Position numbers and translations under genes: made by a program. A stretch of DNA of 62,629 nt, counting the filler, from Diploschistes diacapsis (Eukaryota), in the NCBI GenBank assembly GCA_023645945.1. It is 5 parts of 5 records of this genome, joined end to end, with 100 filler letters (N's around TTAATTAATTAA, not from the genome) between each part and the next. Parts side by side here need not be neighbours in the genome. Positions count along the whole stretch, not along the records: positions 37,643 to 50,087 come from JALAIB010000742.1; positions 50,188 to 62,629 come from JALAIB010000743.1; 3 more parts are not named here. One strand, given 5' to 3'. Shown piece by piece: positions 47,292 through 59,192 of the stretch. Below the pieces are notes generated by a model, which saw only the letters and a program-made list of their open reading frames with translations, was not told the DNA's origin and searched no databases. The first letter of the stretch is position 1, and the number at the start of each line of letters is the position of its first letter.

Positions 47292-48580
47292 TCACCAATC
47301 CGGTTCGTGCCCGTCTGGTTCTGGCTCGTCTGATGGCGTATGCGTGGGCGTGACAACAGGAATGGTCCGAGTTCTAACAGAAACGACGGGGCTTAAAGTA
47401 GATGAAGCAATAGCCGCCGCTGTGGCGCTTGAGACTGCCTGTGCCTGGGACCTGGATGGTGCAACCGACGAGGTTGTAATCACCGTTGCCGAGGCCGAAT
47501 ATAATGGTGCAGACAAGTTGGATCCAGAATAGTCTCGCTGAATATTGTTGAACAAGTCCTCCTCAATCATCTGGTGAATTGAAGTGGTCATGTCCAGGTA
47601 CCGCATCCAGTGGAATTGGTTGCCCTCGTGGTCAGTAACGCAAAGGATCCCAGTCCTCCTGCGAGTGTGCGTCGCAGAACTCTCCACCAACATGGGTGTT
47701 GTAGTTTTCGTGGTTGTTCCAGAGGTTCACCATGAAATCAAAAACTTCATAGCAAATGACACAGTTTCCGAATTTCTGTAAGGAGCTTTTGATGGCGTTG
47801 TTTGTGCCTGAAAATGCATCGCCTAACACTGTGTCAGTAGTGATCCTGGGGTCAGTGCGATGAGAGAGATCGTCGTACCGAGGACTTGGTGGCCAGCATC
47901 GTCCGAGGCATAAAACTCTCTACTAGGAGAGATGTGCTTGGGATATAGGTCAGGAACGACAACCGTCTTGGCGCCAATGAAGAGAAGGGATCTGTCCATG
48001 TAAGGGCCAGCCAAGCGCATGCTACCGTTCGCGATAACTTATTGGACCTGCTCTGCCATCATAGTGGACATAGACGTTGCGAAGGCGGAGCGGTCGGCCC
48101 CAGTAGCAGCGCTGATATGATATAGATTGGTGTCGTTTGCACCAGTCCACAGACGATGAAGTGAGTCTCCGGCGCTGGTAACATTGGTAGAGCTGGTATA
48201 GTTGTCAATCTGATCCTTTGAGGACGGCGCATTGGCAATGCTTTGGGTGTGGCTGTTGTCTATTGTTGCACCAAACAAGCTCCCAACCATCGGTATGCCC
48301 ATAGGCGTAATCCAGAGGAGGCGGCCTAGCAAGCTGGAAAGATAGGATGCCATGATCGGACCATCGGTCCAGGTGCTGAAGCCGTAAATCATATTGGAAG
48401 GATCCCCAACTTAAGCGACGCCGTAAGCGACAGATCCATTGCCATGGTCGCTCAGATTATCGCCAAACGCAATCATCTGCGTGAAAGGATACTGGTTGCG
48501 ACCAAGCAGCCCTTGTGGGTGCTCCCAGAGCCGGAGCGACGAGCGCAAGGGTCCACGCAAGCGTGCTGCTTGCTGTACAT
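47292..48580 (-). pseudogene. Secreted SGNH/GDSL-like esterase pseudogene
   Basis: AFGDNLSDHGN, TWTDGP, FGATIDN, LWTGAND, GAKTVVVP blocks; signal-peptide-like TLAWTLALVAPALG out of frame with the ATG; in-frame stops at 48413-48411 and 48041-48039; further frameshifts near 47820 and 47650. Confidence 0.72.
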
Positions 48581-49237
48581 GGTGCTTCCAAAAGAATGAC
48601 AAAGCTTTAGAGAAATCACGGCACGAATAGATAAGCAGCTTCTCCAAGAAAGCGCTTCCAGAAAAAACACGAAAAGAATGTAAGTAAAGAGCGACAGGTC
48701 CAAAAAGACGGTACTGAGAAACAGTAACGCTCAAGCGGAATCGAAGGAAGCTTCACATCGTAGTGTTTTAAAAGGAACAAATGGAACCGCTAGCCTCTCT
48801 ACCGCGGATACACGATAAGCAATGCCATTGCCTCGAAACCATCTTTTCACAAACATTTCAATCTCAAGCTCGTGGGTGTTGCTCTCCACCAGACAACGAT
48901 ATTCAGAGACCACCAAGGAGTCGAGGACACCTGACACAAATTCTCTATCATGCTGCACGTCGAATGCACTGCAACGCCTCAGAAGGTGGGCAGATAGATG
49001 TCAGAATCAATCTTGAAAATTTACAAATAAGTAGTTTATGCCACGGCGTTAGATATGCTGACCTTACATTACATATTTTAAGCCAGCAATAAAGGAATTA
49101 TTGGTAATAAGTTCTCTTGACCCCCAGCATCCATATAAGGTAATGTCCAGCTAACCCTCATTTAATCCGATATAATATATATACATATAATACCTTATAG
49201 CTAACAATCACATAGTAGATTGAAAGGAACCAAATCC

Positions 49238-49244
49238 AAAAAAA
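49238..49244 (-). terminator. Pol III oligo-dT terminator of tRNA-Pro
   Basis: T7 run immediately after the discriminator base. Confidence 0.85.
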
Positions 49245-49345
49245 GGGCCAACCTGAGGATTGAACTCAGGACCTGTCACAGGGGGAGTGCATAAATACAC
49301 GCGGGGTTACCCGAAGCGACAATCATACCACTAGACCAGTTGGCC
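49245..49345 (-). tRNA. tRNA-Pro(CGG) with 29-nt intron (49309-49281)
   Basis: Acceptor stem GGCCAAC/GTTGGCC; A-box TGGTCTAGTGG; anticodon stem GTCGC/GTGAC with loop TT-CGG-G^T; T-arm CTGAG-TTCAATC-CTCAG; spliced length 72 nt. Confidence 0.93.
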
Positions 49346-49599
49346 GATATTGTAACTTTAAATATCTAAGACATATCATATAGCTACTGGTTTACAGGAT
49401 ACATTTTTCCTAAGCGAAGCGCAGTATTTGCATCGCAGTGTTACGATCCAAGTACTAGACTTGGGCACGTCCCAGCCATTCCTTGAATATCGACCAATCA
49501 TAATAACACTAATCACGTGATAAGTAAAAGGCCTTAAAGATCTATTTACCTATTAACGGGTAAAACGGGAAAACGATAAATTTACTTAACTATTTACAG

Positions 49600-50087
49600 T
49601 AGGCTGGCCGTTTCGTGCCACGGTCACTGACACGGACACTGCAGCAAAAATTTTTAAAACACGGACATTAACACGGATACGATAGTTAAAATTTTAAAAT
49701 ATTGATATTAATACGCACACTGCATTTCCGTAAATCCACGGACACGGACACTATAATTAAAAATTTTAAAATATTAATACTAATACGGATATTATACTTC
49801 CGTGAATTCACGAATACGGATATCGTAATTCAAAATTTTAAAATACGGATACTAACACGGACGTTATATTTCCGTAAATTTATTAATACGGACACCATAC
49901 TGCAATAAAAACACGGAAATACTCCTGTTTTTTTTAATATTCTTTTAAAATTATTACGTTTATTTCTCACGTTTTTATTTTTAAAAAAGTTTTCTTAAAA
50001 CACGGACACGGATACGAACATTATATTATAATAAATGCACGGATACGGATATAGTAATTAAAATTTTTTAAATACGAATATTAATAC
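49600..50087. mobile_element. Degenerate AT-rich element end with ~72-bp tandem units and ACACGG/ACGGAY motifs; possible DNA-transposon terminus
   Basis: Begins TAGGCTGGCCGTTTCGTG, then repeated acggacac/acggatac..aaaattttaaaat..ttccgt units; copies differ largely by C>T and G>A; contig breaks inside it. Confidence 0.55.
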
Positions 50088-50187
50088 NNNNNNNNNNNNN
50101 NNNNNNNNNNNNNNNNNNNNNNNNNNNNNNNTTAATTAATTAANNNNNNNNNNNNNNNNNNNNNNNNNNNNNNNNNNNNNNNNNNNN
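50088..50187. other. Artificial contig linker
   Basis: 44 N + TTAATTAATTAA + 44 N. Confidence 0.98.
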
Positions 50188-52468
50188 GCTTCGGATTGGT
50201 GGAGGCGTTGCTGCGGCTGCTGGGGTGGAAGGGGTCGAGGTTTGGGAGCGCGAGATGGGGACGGAGATGCGGGACCGTTTGGGCGATTTAGTGGGGACAG
50301 GAATTCGTGATTTGGACGTCGTTGTTGCTGCTGGGGTGTTGCTTGCAGCTCGCGCAGGAGGAACGGCGGGTTTGAGTACCGAGGAACGAGCGCGAGGGAC
50401 TGGTAGAGGCTGAGCTTTTTTGCGTGTTCTGCCGGCGCGCCGTTCGACAATGTAGTCGATGTCCAGAGGCGAAACGCAAGCGGATTCGGACGGTGTGGTG
50501 GCCGGAGTGAGGGTTTCGGTAGATGGAGCGGAAAACTTTGTGGAGGACTTTGTCGCTTGCGAGGAGCGAGTGGAGGCTTCTGCCGTCAGAACCTGTCGAG
50601 CAGAGACCTTCGCGGCAACAGATTTAGTAACGCCGTCGCTCGAGGTTACCTTGTCAACCTTCCATGGCGGAGTTCCGCCTGTTTGACAGCAGAGTGGATA
50701 GTCGACGCCCTCGACGTCTCGAACCTCCTCCGGTGCATTTGTAACTGAAATTATCGTCTGCAGCAGAGTGTAGATGAGCGTCCAGCGCGCCATCCTTGCT
50801 TCTGCAGCCGAGATCCGGTCGTTATCCTTCATGGTATACTCCCGCTCGAACAATGCATACTCTCGAACGATCTGTGAGCTCACCACCTTCATGTCGTTCA
50901 CGTTGGTTGCGTTCGTCAGAGACGTTGCAATGTGGGTCCGCTTTGCTTGTCTTGCCTTCCTATTACCGAAGATCGGGAACCAGGATGACTGTCGTCGCTG
51001 CTCGGATGGATCAAAGTCTGCCTCGGGCACTAGCGGCAAAGGATGTGGAAGAGGCCTGAACTTGTGGCGCTGGTCGAGCGTCTTGATGACGTTGATCAGC
51101 GAACAGGCAGCCTCGGACTGATCGTGAGGATCCGCAAAAGCATCCACCAAGAATTCGTACAGGTTGCGAAAGTCGGAGTACATGGTCAAAAAAGTGTGTT
51201 TGTGCAGCGGTCGGACCTTACCACCCGAGGACTGGACGATATGAGGCGGCCAATAACCATGACGCTGGACGTAAAAGGAATGTAGGAAAGAGCGGAACCT
51301 CTCCATATGCTTCAGTGCAGCATCCGAAAGCTGAACCTGGTCGTTCATGACATCGTCTTCTTCCAGAAAGCCCGCCAGTGCAACGGATGCCCTGTCAATC
51401 CGGACAGCCATTTCTAGGTTGGCTCTTGTGATCATGGCGATTGTCGTGCGCGAGACATGCTGTGAGGAGTCAGATCAAGTTACTAGAACGAGCCTGCTTA
51501 GACTTACCGAAAACTCATGGCTTGAGACAAGCTGCTCGTTCATCCCAACACAATGCACGAACGCATCCGTCCAGAGTTCGGAATGCTCAAAAATCTCCGC
51601 CCAGTGCAAGAATGCCAGAGCGTGGTCCGGGCAGTCCCTGAAGTCGGTGTAACCCTGATCATCTATGTAGGCGAGGAAATCATCCTCGTTCTCGTCCTGG
51701 TCCGGCCGCCACTCGTCCATTCTCCTCCTCAGACTCACTAGTGCCTCGCCGAGCCGCACGCTTACGATGGGCTTCCCAAACATCCAAGCGAAGAAATTCC
51801 GAGTCGTCAGGTGAAAGTTCATGGCATCGTCGCGAGAGAGTGAAATGGGCGCAGGGATGAATAGCTCGTATTTGATAGGCGTTTCGCGCGGCACGAAGTA
51901 GTCACTATTTACGTGCCTCTGTGCCGGAAGTGGTGGAGTTTCGGGAACGGGGAACGAGCAGGTTCGTTCAAGCAATGGCCGGCAGTTGCCCGCCTCGATG
52001 TCTGCGAGACAGAGCCGCATAGACGGCCCTCTTCTGGAATTTCCTTCTGAGTAGAAATGGACAAAGGTGTCTCCATTGTCGAACCATAGCTCCGGATCCT
52101 TTATGTACATCAGCAAAGCCGTCAGGCACCATGCACGTTTCGCTTACTTTTCGAAGAAAGTCCCAATTCGTAGTTGTCCGACAATTTCCATCCCACCTCC
52201 TAATTTTCGTTTGCCTCGGAAACCCTCCGGCTTGCGAAATCATGTCATCAAAGGTTTTTGCCCTGTCCGCTGAAATACTTCGGCGCTTGTAGTCCTCTGA
52301 AATCGAATTGCGCCTGCCTCGGGCGGAATTCCTGCTGGAAGCTCGTGTCGAAGACCTGACGCTCGAAGGGGTAGACACGAGCGCTCGGCTCCTCCGAACG
52401 ATGTTATTTATCTGCGGCAGAATTGGAGAAGCAGACGCACTGCCCCTCCTTGACCCTGGACGTGACAT
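50188..52468 (-). CDS. Conserved fungal hypothetical protein (3' truncated)
   Basis: Exons 52468-52148, 52098-51508, 51459-50188 join in frame; WDFLRKDPELWFDNGD..SRRGPS, TTRNFFAW, DHALAFLHWAE..LWTDAFVHCVG, FRSFLHSFY..GYWPP blocks recognised from other ascomycetes; function unknown. Confidence 0.85.
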
Positions 52469-55400
52469 GGTCGCAGAAGCGAGCAAATCGTTACCCGCGG
52501 GTAGTATAGGATGTACAGAAAACGCTATGCGCAAGGGACAGTGTTCAGCAGCAGCAGCACATTACAGCATCAACAGTAAGAGTAAAGGGGAAACCCTGTT
52601 AGAAAAACAGAAATTGCAGGACAAAGACACAGGTAATACCGCTCGCGAGAGGCAAGCCTTAGGAACGACATGGGCAAGAGCTACCATATGTAACTCGGCA
52701 AAGAATAAAGTTCTATGGAGATCTGCGAGATGCCCACCACTGCACCTTTCGCTGCGTAGCATGCAGCGCCCGCAACCACCTACTTCCTTCCATTCCTAGA
52801 AAGAGGTGTGCGTGCCAGCCAGCAGCAGCATCGGAAGTAGGCCGTGATTGGGGGCGAGATAGAAGCAAGCAAGAACATGGGGCTGCTGGAGAAAACGAGA
52901 CGCATGGAATCCAGCGGTGGGGTTGCAAATCCTACTAATAGTGTGTGTCGTCAGCAAGACTCAAGATCGCCCTGTTTTACGATCCAGATTAACGAGAGGG
53001 TTGCAACTCGTGAACTATGTCTTTGGCTGGTTGCAACAGCGGGGAATGCTATCAAAGCTCACAACAACTCCGATGGATTTTGCCCTCTCACGCCCAGGTA
53101 CCGGGAACATTTCCTTCCCGCTTCAAAGCCATTCCCTCGCCTCCAAAGGCTATAAATCTCGCATTCCCCTTCGGGTCTCTAAGACACCGTGGCTTGCCGT
53201 AGCGCTCGCTGACAGACTAGCAGCCATTGCGCTCTCTTGCGAACTGGTGGTTGAAATGGAGGCCGGTCCTGGTGTGCTGGCTGGCACTCCACATTATTAC
53301 CCCAGTGTCTCGAACAATTTCCATCTAGCTGCAATCAACCATGGAATCATTGTCAAGACATGGTAGCCCTCTGACTTTACGGCAAGTTGGAAATCTCTTG
53401 AGTCTTGCTTGAGGTTTCACTTTCAGGACCCGGTCGCTGACCGAAGGATATTTGTATTCATAGTGCATTCAGATGCCAGGTGAAAAGGCACAATGGAATG
53501 GCCTTGGATCTGCGAGCCACACGTGGGTTTTGAGAGCTCCAGATGTACCAGCGATTTGTCATGGCGTCAGAATGGGGTACAGGACTAACATTGCGCCAGT
53601 GGATCCATCATGCAGTGATCGACGTCGATGATAATGCCCTCATTCCGCCGAAAACACGCATTATGGATAAAATGATCTGGTTGCTGATAACCGCGATCTT
53701 CGTGTTTTTCTTGGGCCTGACTGTATTCTTGCCAGCACGACGAGTTATTACTCACCGTCTGGTCTGCCGTGGATCCGGGCTCACACCATCCCTGTGATTC
53801 GACCGCTAATGATGGATTCCTGCTGACCTATCGCAATCACAGCACTGCCGCAGCTGCGGTTTCCGACATCCCTGTCGCAACATGGCAATCACAGATGCAA
53901 CCTCAGCGCTGGTACTCGATCGGAGGGCTCGTCCGCGAGATCCGATCTCCGACTGCTGCCATCATTGCAGGATCTCATGCTCCACTTGGATTGTTGATTT
54001 CGCTGTACATGGTATTACCGATCCCATCGTGCAGGAGATGCGTTTTGCCATCAATGCTTTCTCCCATGAGGATGGCCAAGCATAGTGGTGCATGAGTGGT
54101 GCAGATTGCAGCCCAGCAGGGGCATGCTGAGATCACTTGCTGTCTCAATTTGTAGCCGCAAGGTACAGATATCACGGAAATCACTCCAATATCGTAACTG
54201 TGAAAGGGGTTTAATCTATCGTTGTCCCGTAACAGCGCGCTGTCGTGCACAGCAAAGCTGCAGCAATTATCCCGGAGATAGAGCTCGATTGGGCAGCTTA
54301 GAAATCGAGCTTGCTTAAGAAGCTCCGTTCTGACTCCTAGCGAAAAGGGATCGGGGCACGGTCTTATGTTCATCTGCGAGACTGCGACCCTATCTTCTGT
54401 TCCATTCCTGACAATCGACCCAGCGCTTGACGCCTCTCGACATTTATGGCCATTTCTTCTCCCGCACCTGGCTTGCGTGTGGCTGGCTGAGAGCAAGCCC
54501 CTACCAGGCCTTCACTTGCGCACTGTGTTGGCGAAACCATTTTGTATCTGACCGCTCAATACTCTTGGTCCTCAATTCCCGTATTGTGATGATCGAGACT
54601 TGGTCCATGCATTTTTATATGCCGCAACATCAAAGATCATGAGGGAGAACCCTGCCTCAAGTACCGAATCTTGCAAAAACCGTCTCTGACTTTACATGCC
54701 ATCAGGAATTATTATCTTTAAGGTGGCATGTTGAAATTTGATGGTTCTTGGCACTAACTCGAGAAGAACGAGATTTTCCACTTAATCAGAGAAACCATGG
54801 CAGTCATCGAGACCCAAGCTTCCCTATAGACATATAAAGGTACTCTGTTCCTTCACAGCCTTTGCCCTGATCCTTGCAAGTGGATTGATGTAGAGAAATC
54901 ATGAATCCCGAGGGCCGCATACAGATGACGCATACCACTAAGGGTGCCAAACCTTTCATCTGGTCACATCGGGTAAAGTAGCGATTTGGATTATCGCGAC
55001 GGGAGTTTCTCGAAAAGTGCTTCACCTATGGACACCTTAAAGGTGTTGGCGCTTGTAATTCTTTGAACGGTGTTTCAAGCTGGGTTGTTTATGCAATCAG
55101 GCCAGCATCAATGTCAGAACGTGCAGCATCATAGTCACTTGAAGCCATTAGCTTGAGTCTTACATGTGTACAAAAGTGTCATGTAAGCTAGAGATATGGA
55201 ATACCCATGGCGTGGGCGACAAGGTGTGTCGAACAAATATAGAGTATGGCAGAACGATTAATATTTGATTGCAGGTGAAAGGCTTCAACCTCTTGAGCTG
55301 CGTAAAAAGCAAGTATAACTCAAAATTAGTCTTGACATCTCTAAAATGAAATTGACACAGAAATGAAAGGTTAGGTACTGTCAAAAGAGCATAAGGATCC

Positions 55401-55615
55401 AATAAAAACGTGCGTGTTGCGCAAATGATCAGATGTTCTCGCTATCAAGCAGATTACAGAGAAACTTCCAATTTCTTCCACCAAATCAAACTTGTATGAC
55501 TGTACAACGGCTGTTCGTACACTGAGAGAAAGGAGAGACAGATGAGCAAGAACAAAGTCGTAGCTTGCAGCACGGGTCAAGAATCAAGACCATTATTTAT
55601 ATGACGCTTGGGTTC

Positions 55616-57040
55616 TCATTGAGAGTGCTCCAGCTGCTCCTCCTCCCCGACAGAAGAGGAAAGATTCGTTAGAGGGCGCTTCTTCCTCCACACGCCCACA
55701 AACCCGCCTCCGACAACACGAATGCCGACCTTTGGTCTGCTAACCATCTCCCATCCAGTACTGTCGTCGAGCGCATTTTCGTCGATTGCCGTCCCCTCTG
55801 CGGCTTTAGAGCCCTTGTCTTCTTGATCCGCCTTTCCCAGTATCAGATCCAGCTGCGCCTGCACTTTGGCTGCCAACTCTTGCTTAAGGACCTTTCTTGG
55901 CTTGACTGCCCTTATATCCCAAGGCCTTCCTCCACTCCAACCAGTTGCTAGTTCCAGATATTTTTCCGAAAAGAGCGGCAGGTTCTTTTCTCGTACCAGG
56001 TTCACGATCGCCTGGATCTGATTGATACTGGGACTAAACGTTATGAGCAAGCCAGCAGGTTTGAGCGCCGCCGCGGCAGTGACGACGTGGTCATCTGCCC
56101 CTGGCATATCCAGTATAATATGATCTAAAAAAGGTTGCCTAGGTCTAAATTCCCCATTCTCGTCTTGCACTCCTAAGCGTTTGTTTGACTCCGAGTTTAT
56201 CCAAGCTGAGACATCATCCGTGTAGAAATCGACGTCCCCAACATACATGCCTCGGCGGAAACCGCGAACAACCTTCTTTGCGTGATTTGTGTTATTCTCG
56301 ACAACGTCTACAGTGTGCAATATGGCTTGGCGCATGGGCTTCCGCTCTGTTAGTGGCGGCGATTCTTTATTCGCCGATGCGGGCTCTTGGTTGGTGCATT
56401 GGTCGGGTACCCAATGCTGCTTCGGAAGAGGAGGATTGGCGGCATGGATCGCTCGAGCGAGGTGGAGGGTCAAAGATCCATGGCCAGTGCCTCCCTCGAG
56501 GATCTCCAGAGGAGCTTCGACGCCGTCATTGTTCCTAGTGGAGGGGGGAGATGGGTGTAGATCAAGCAGAGACACGATTAAGTTCGCATCAGCAGGGTAA
56601 ACCTAACGATATGAGTCGGCTGCCATAATAGTTAAAAGGGAACTTACAGGTGTAACAAGTCTCGGACTGAGAGTAACGTATTCCTCCAATGTGGGTTGAT
56701 AAACTCTAAGTCTATGCCCCGAGCTAGTAACTAGATCCTCACGAGACTCTTTGCCGATAAGGGAGGAGTGCTGAAATTTCCCCCAACAATTGGTTGTAAA
56801 GCCATCTTTGGTAAGAGGCTTGGTGAAAAATGGAGTATTTTCAGGATTATTCTTCAAGCGGAGAACCACACGATCACCTTCTATAAGATTACTAGGTTTA
56901 GCTATAGAGCTCCTAGAATAGAACGGTCACGAACCTTGGATAGTCTTGTAAGAGAGATTGGAGCTGGAAGAGCTTAGTGAACGTTTAACAAGCCCTTGGA
57001 TAAATCGGTAAGGAACGCTTTGAGGTTTAGAAGAAAGCAT
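55616..57040 (-). CDS. tRNA (adenine-58 N1)-methyltransferase catalytic subunit-like, probably the mitochondrial paralogue
   Basis: Exons 57040-56935, 56880-56648, 56602-55616; PTLEEYVTLSPRLVTPVYPAD, ILEGGTGHGSLT, IILDMP, FSPSINQI; Arg/Ser-rich acid-free N-terminus. Confidence 0.88.
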
Positions 57041-57194
57041 ATGGACTGAAGGGGAAGTGAAGTCTTTCCCTCCGAATATAAGTATATCTACGCCATCGGA
57101 GGTTGTCTTTTAAGTCCGAATGGATATCTATTGCAGCTCTTGACTTTCCAGCCAACGGTGAATTCTATAGGACAAGTCGTTCCTTGTGAAGAAA

Positions 57195-58787
57195 ATGGCC
57201 AGTCACGAACCTAGCTTTTTTAAACAAGCTCGCGCGGATGGCAAGATTGTAGTGTCCGGTATGTTTCCGTGCTCCATCCCCTACTACAGGTACCTGGCTC
57301 ACGGTAACGACAGACCCACCGAAATTTGACCTAGATGCATATATTGCAAACTACAAAGGTACGAACTATTTCCGTGGCTAGTTAAATAACCCAAGAGCTT
57401 ACTATATCTACAGGCAAAACACGAGCTCTTAGACTCTTTCACATCGGCCGTACTTCGTCCTATCTATACCTAGAAGCACTCAAGGCGGCAGCTCTCGAGG
57501 CGAAACGGGGCATAGATGTGGGACTCTACAAGGCGATTGCAGGTGTACTACTAGAGGTCGCGCCGGACGATCCAGAGGCAGAGCTCGATCAGGCATGGAT
57601 CGACAAGACAAATCGAGAGGTCGCGGCGGAGACCATTCGCCTTGAGGGGGAGCTAAAAGGATATAAGAATAACCTGATCAAGGAGAGCATTCGCGTAGGT
57701 CTTCACTGAGTTCTATCGCCAAATTTAGGCTGACTTTGCGCGCTAGATGGGCTACGACGACATGGGCTGCCACTACCACCAAACCGGGCACCTTAGCGAA
57801 GCCAGCAAAGCCTTCAACAAGGAGCGCGAGTTCTGCCAGCTTCCCTCCCACGTAGCTATCATGGTTATGCGTCTAATTAACGTCTTCATCGAGCAAGAGA
57901 GTTGGACCAGCGTCGAAACTAACGTCCAAAAACTGCGCTCCCTCCCACAAAAATCCGGCGAGGCCGAGAAACTCGATGCAAAGCTCTCCGCCGCCTCGGG
58001 TGTCGCACAGCTCGCCATAAGAAACTATAAGCAAGCCGCTTTGAATTTCATGGAATGTAACCCGCGCATGATTCAGGCCCGCATGGACGACCCCAACTCA
58101 GATGAAGCCTACAACGAGGTCGTGACTCCTAACGATATCGCTACTTACGGTGCGCTCTGCGCCCTGGCGACCATGGACCGCCATGAGCTGCAGACACAGG
58201 TGCTCGAGAACAGCAGTTTCCGAAACTACCTCGAGCTGGAGCCGCACCTGCGGCGTGCCATCTCCGCATTTGTGGCGTGTAAGTACTCGCTGTGCCTGGA
58301 GATCCTCGAGTCCTATCGCACCGACTACCTGCTCGACATCCACCTGTACAAGCACTTCAATGAGCTATTTGCGCTGGTGCGCGACAAAGCCATCGTGCAG
58401 TACTTTGTGCCCTACTCCGCTGTGTCCTTTGCATCGCTCGCGCAGTCCTTCAATGCCTCCGAGAACACTATCCTGCACGCCCTCGGCGAGCTGATAAAGT
58501 CAAATGCCCTGCCTGCCAGGCTGGACATGGAGAGGGGCCTACTTGTTGAAGAAAGCGTCGACCCGCGCACGGAAATGTACGAGCAGACGATGGAGGCGGC
58601 GCAGCAGTACGAGAGGACGCTGCAGCAGCGGTTGCTGCGCATGGAGATTGTAATGGCAGGGCTGGAGGTCAAGGCACCGCAGCTGAAGGGCGCGCAGTTG
58701 CCACAGGCGGATACGCTGATGGGGTACGAAGGACAGAGTGGAAGGGGGAGTAGGACGGCGAGGGGTTTGAAGGCGTATTTCGGATGA
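57195..58787 (+). CDS. CSN1: COP9 signalosome subunit 1
   Basis: Exons 57195-57258, 57314-57358, 57414-57694, 57747-58787; FDLDAYIANYKG, LKGYKNNLIKESIRMG, NDIATYGALCALAT, FRNYLELEP, PCI region. Confidence 0.94.
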
Positions 58788-59192
58788 TTAGGACCGTGGG
58801 GCGTGAGGGGAGCGTGTATAGTACTTACAGCGGTACGAGGGTCATGAGGCATTCTGCTTGCGTTGCATAGCGCGGAGTTCTGTAGGTATTCTGGAGGGAC
58901 AATGCATGGATGGACGGAGGGCTATCATAGACTCTTGCAGGCTGAATCGAATATGACACTCCATGGCACGGGATAATGGTTGTAGCGTTCTTCATCAAGT
59001 CTCGTAAATGCCTCACCGAATATCAATCTCTGCTAACCAGAGACAGCGAACCTAGATACCGCTGTGGTACCTGCTACTCCATATTCCGCTAAACCAGAAG
59101 CTTCCCCAAAACTACAGCCGAAAAGTAAGAGACTACGTTCACAAGCGTAGCCGCTGCGCACGCCAACTGCCTAGCCCACAAGCAAAGAAGCT

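Noticed and set aside
49600..50087. CRISPR-like array, or the 68-aa ORF 49702-49908 as a gene
   Set aside because: Contiguous degenerate units with no unique spacers, eukaryotic context and no cas genes; the ORF merely translates the repeat.
52469..55615. Many short ORFs in a 3.1-kb intergenic region
   Set aside because: None shows recognisable motifs or coding-like composition; treated as regulatory or UTR sequence. An unrecognised ncRNA cannot be excluded.
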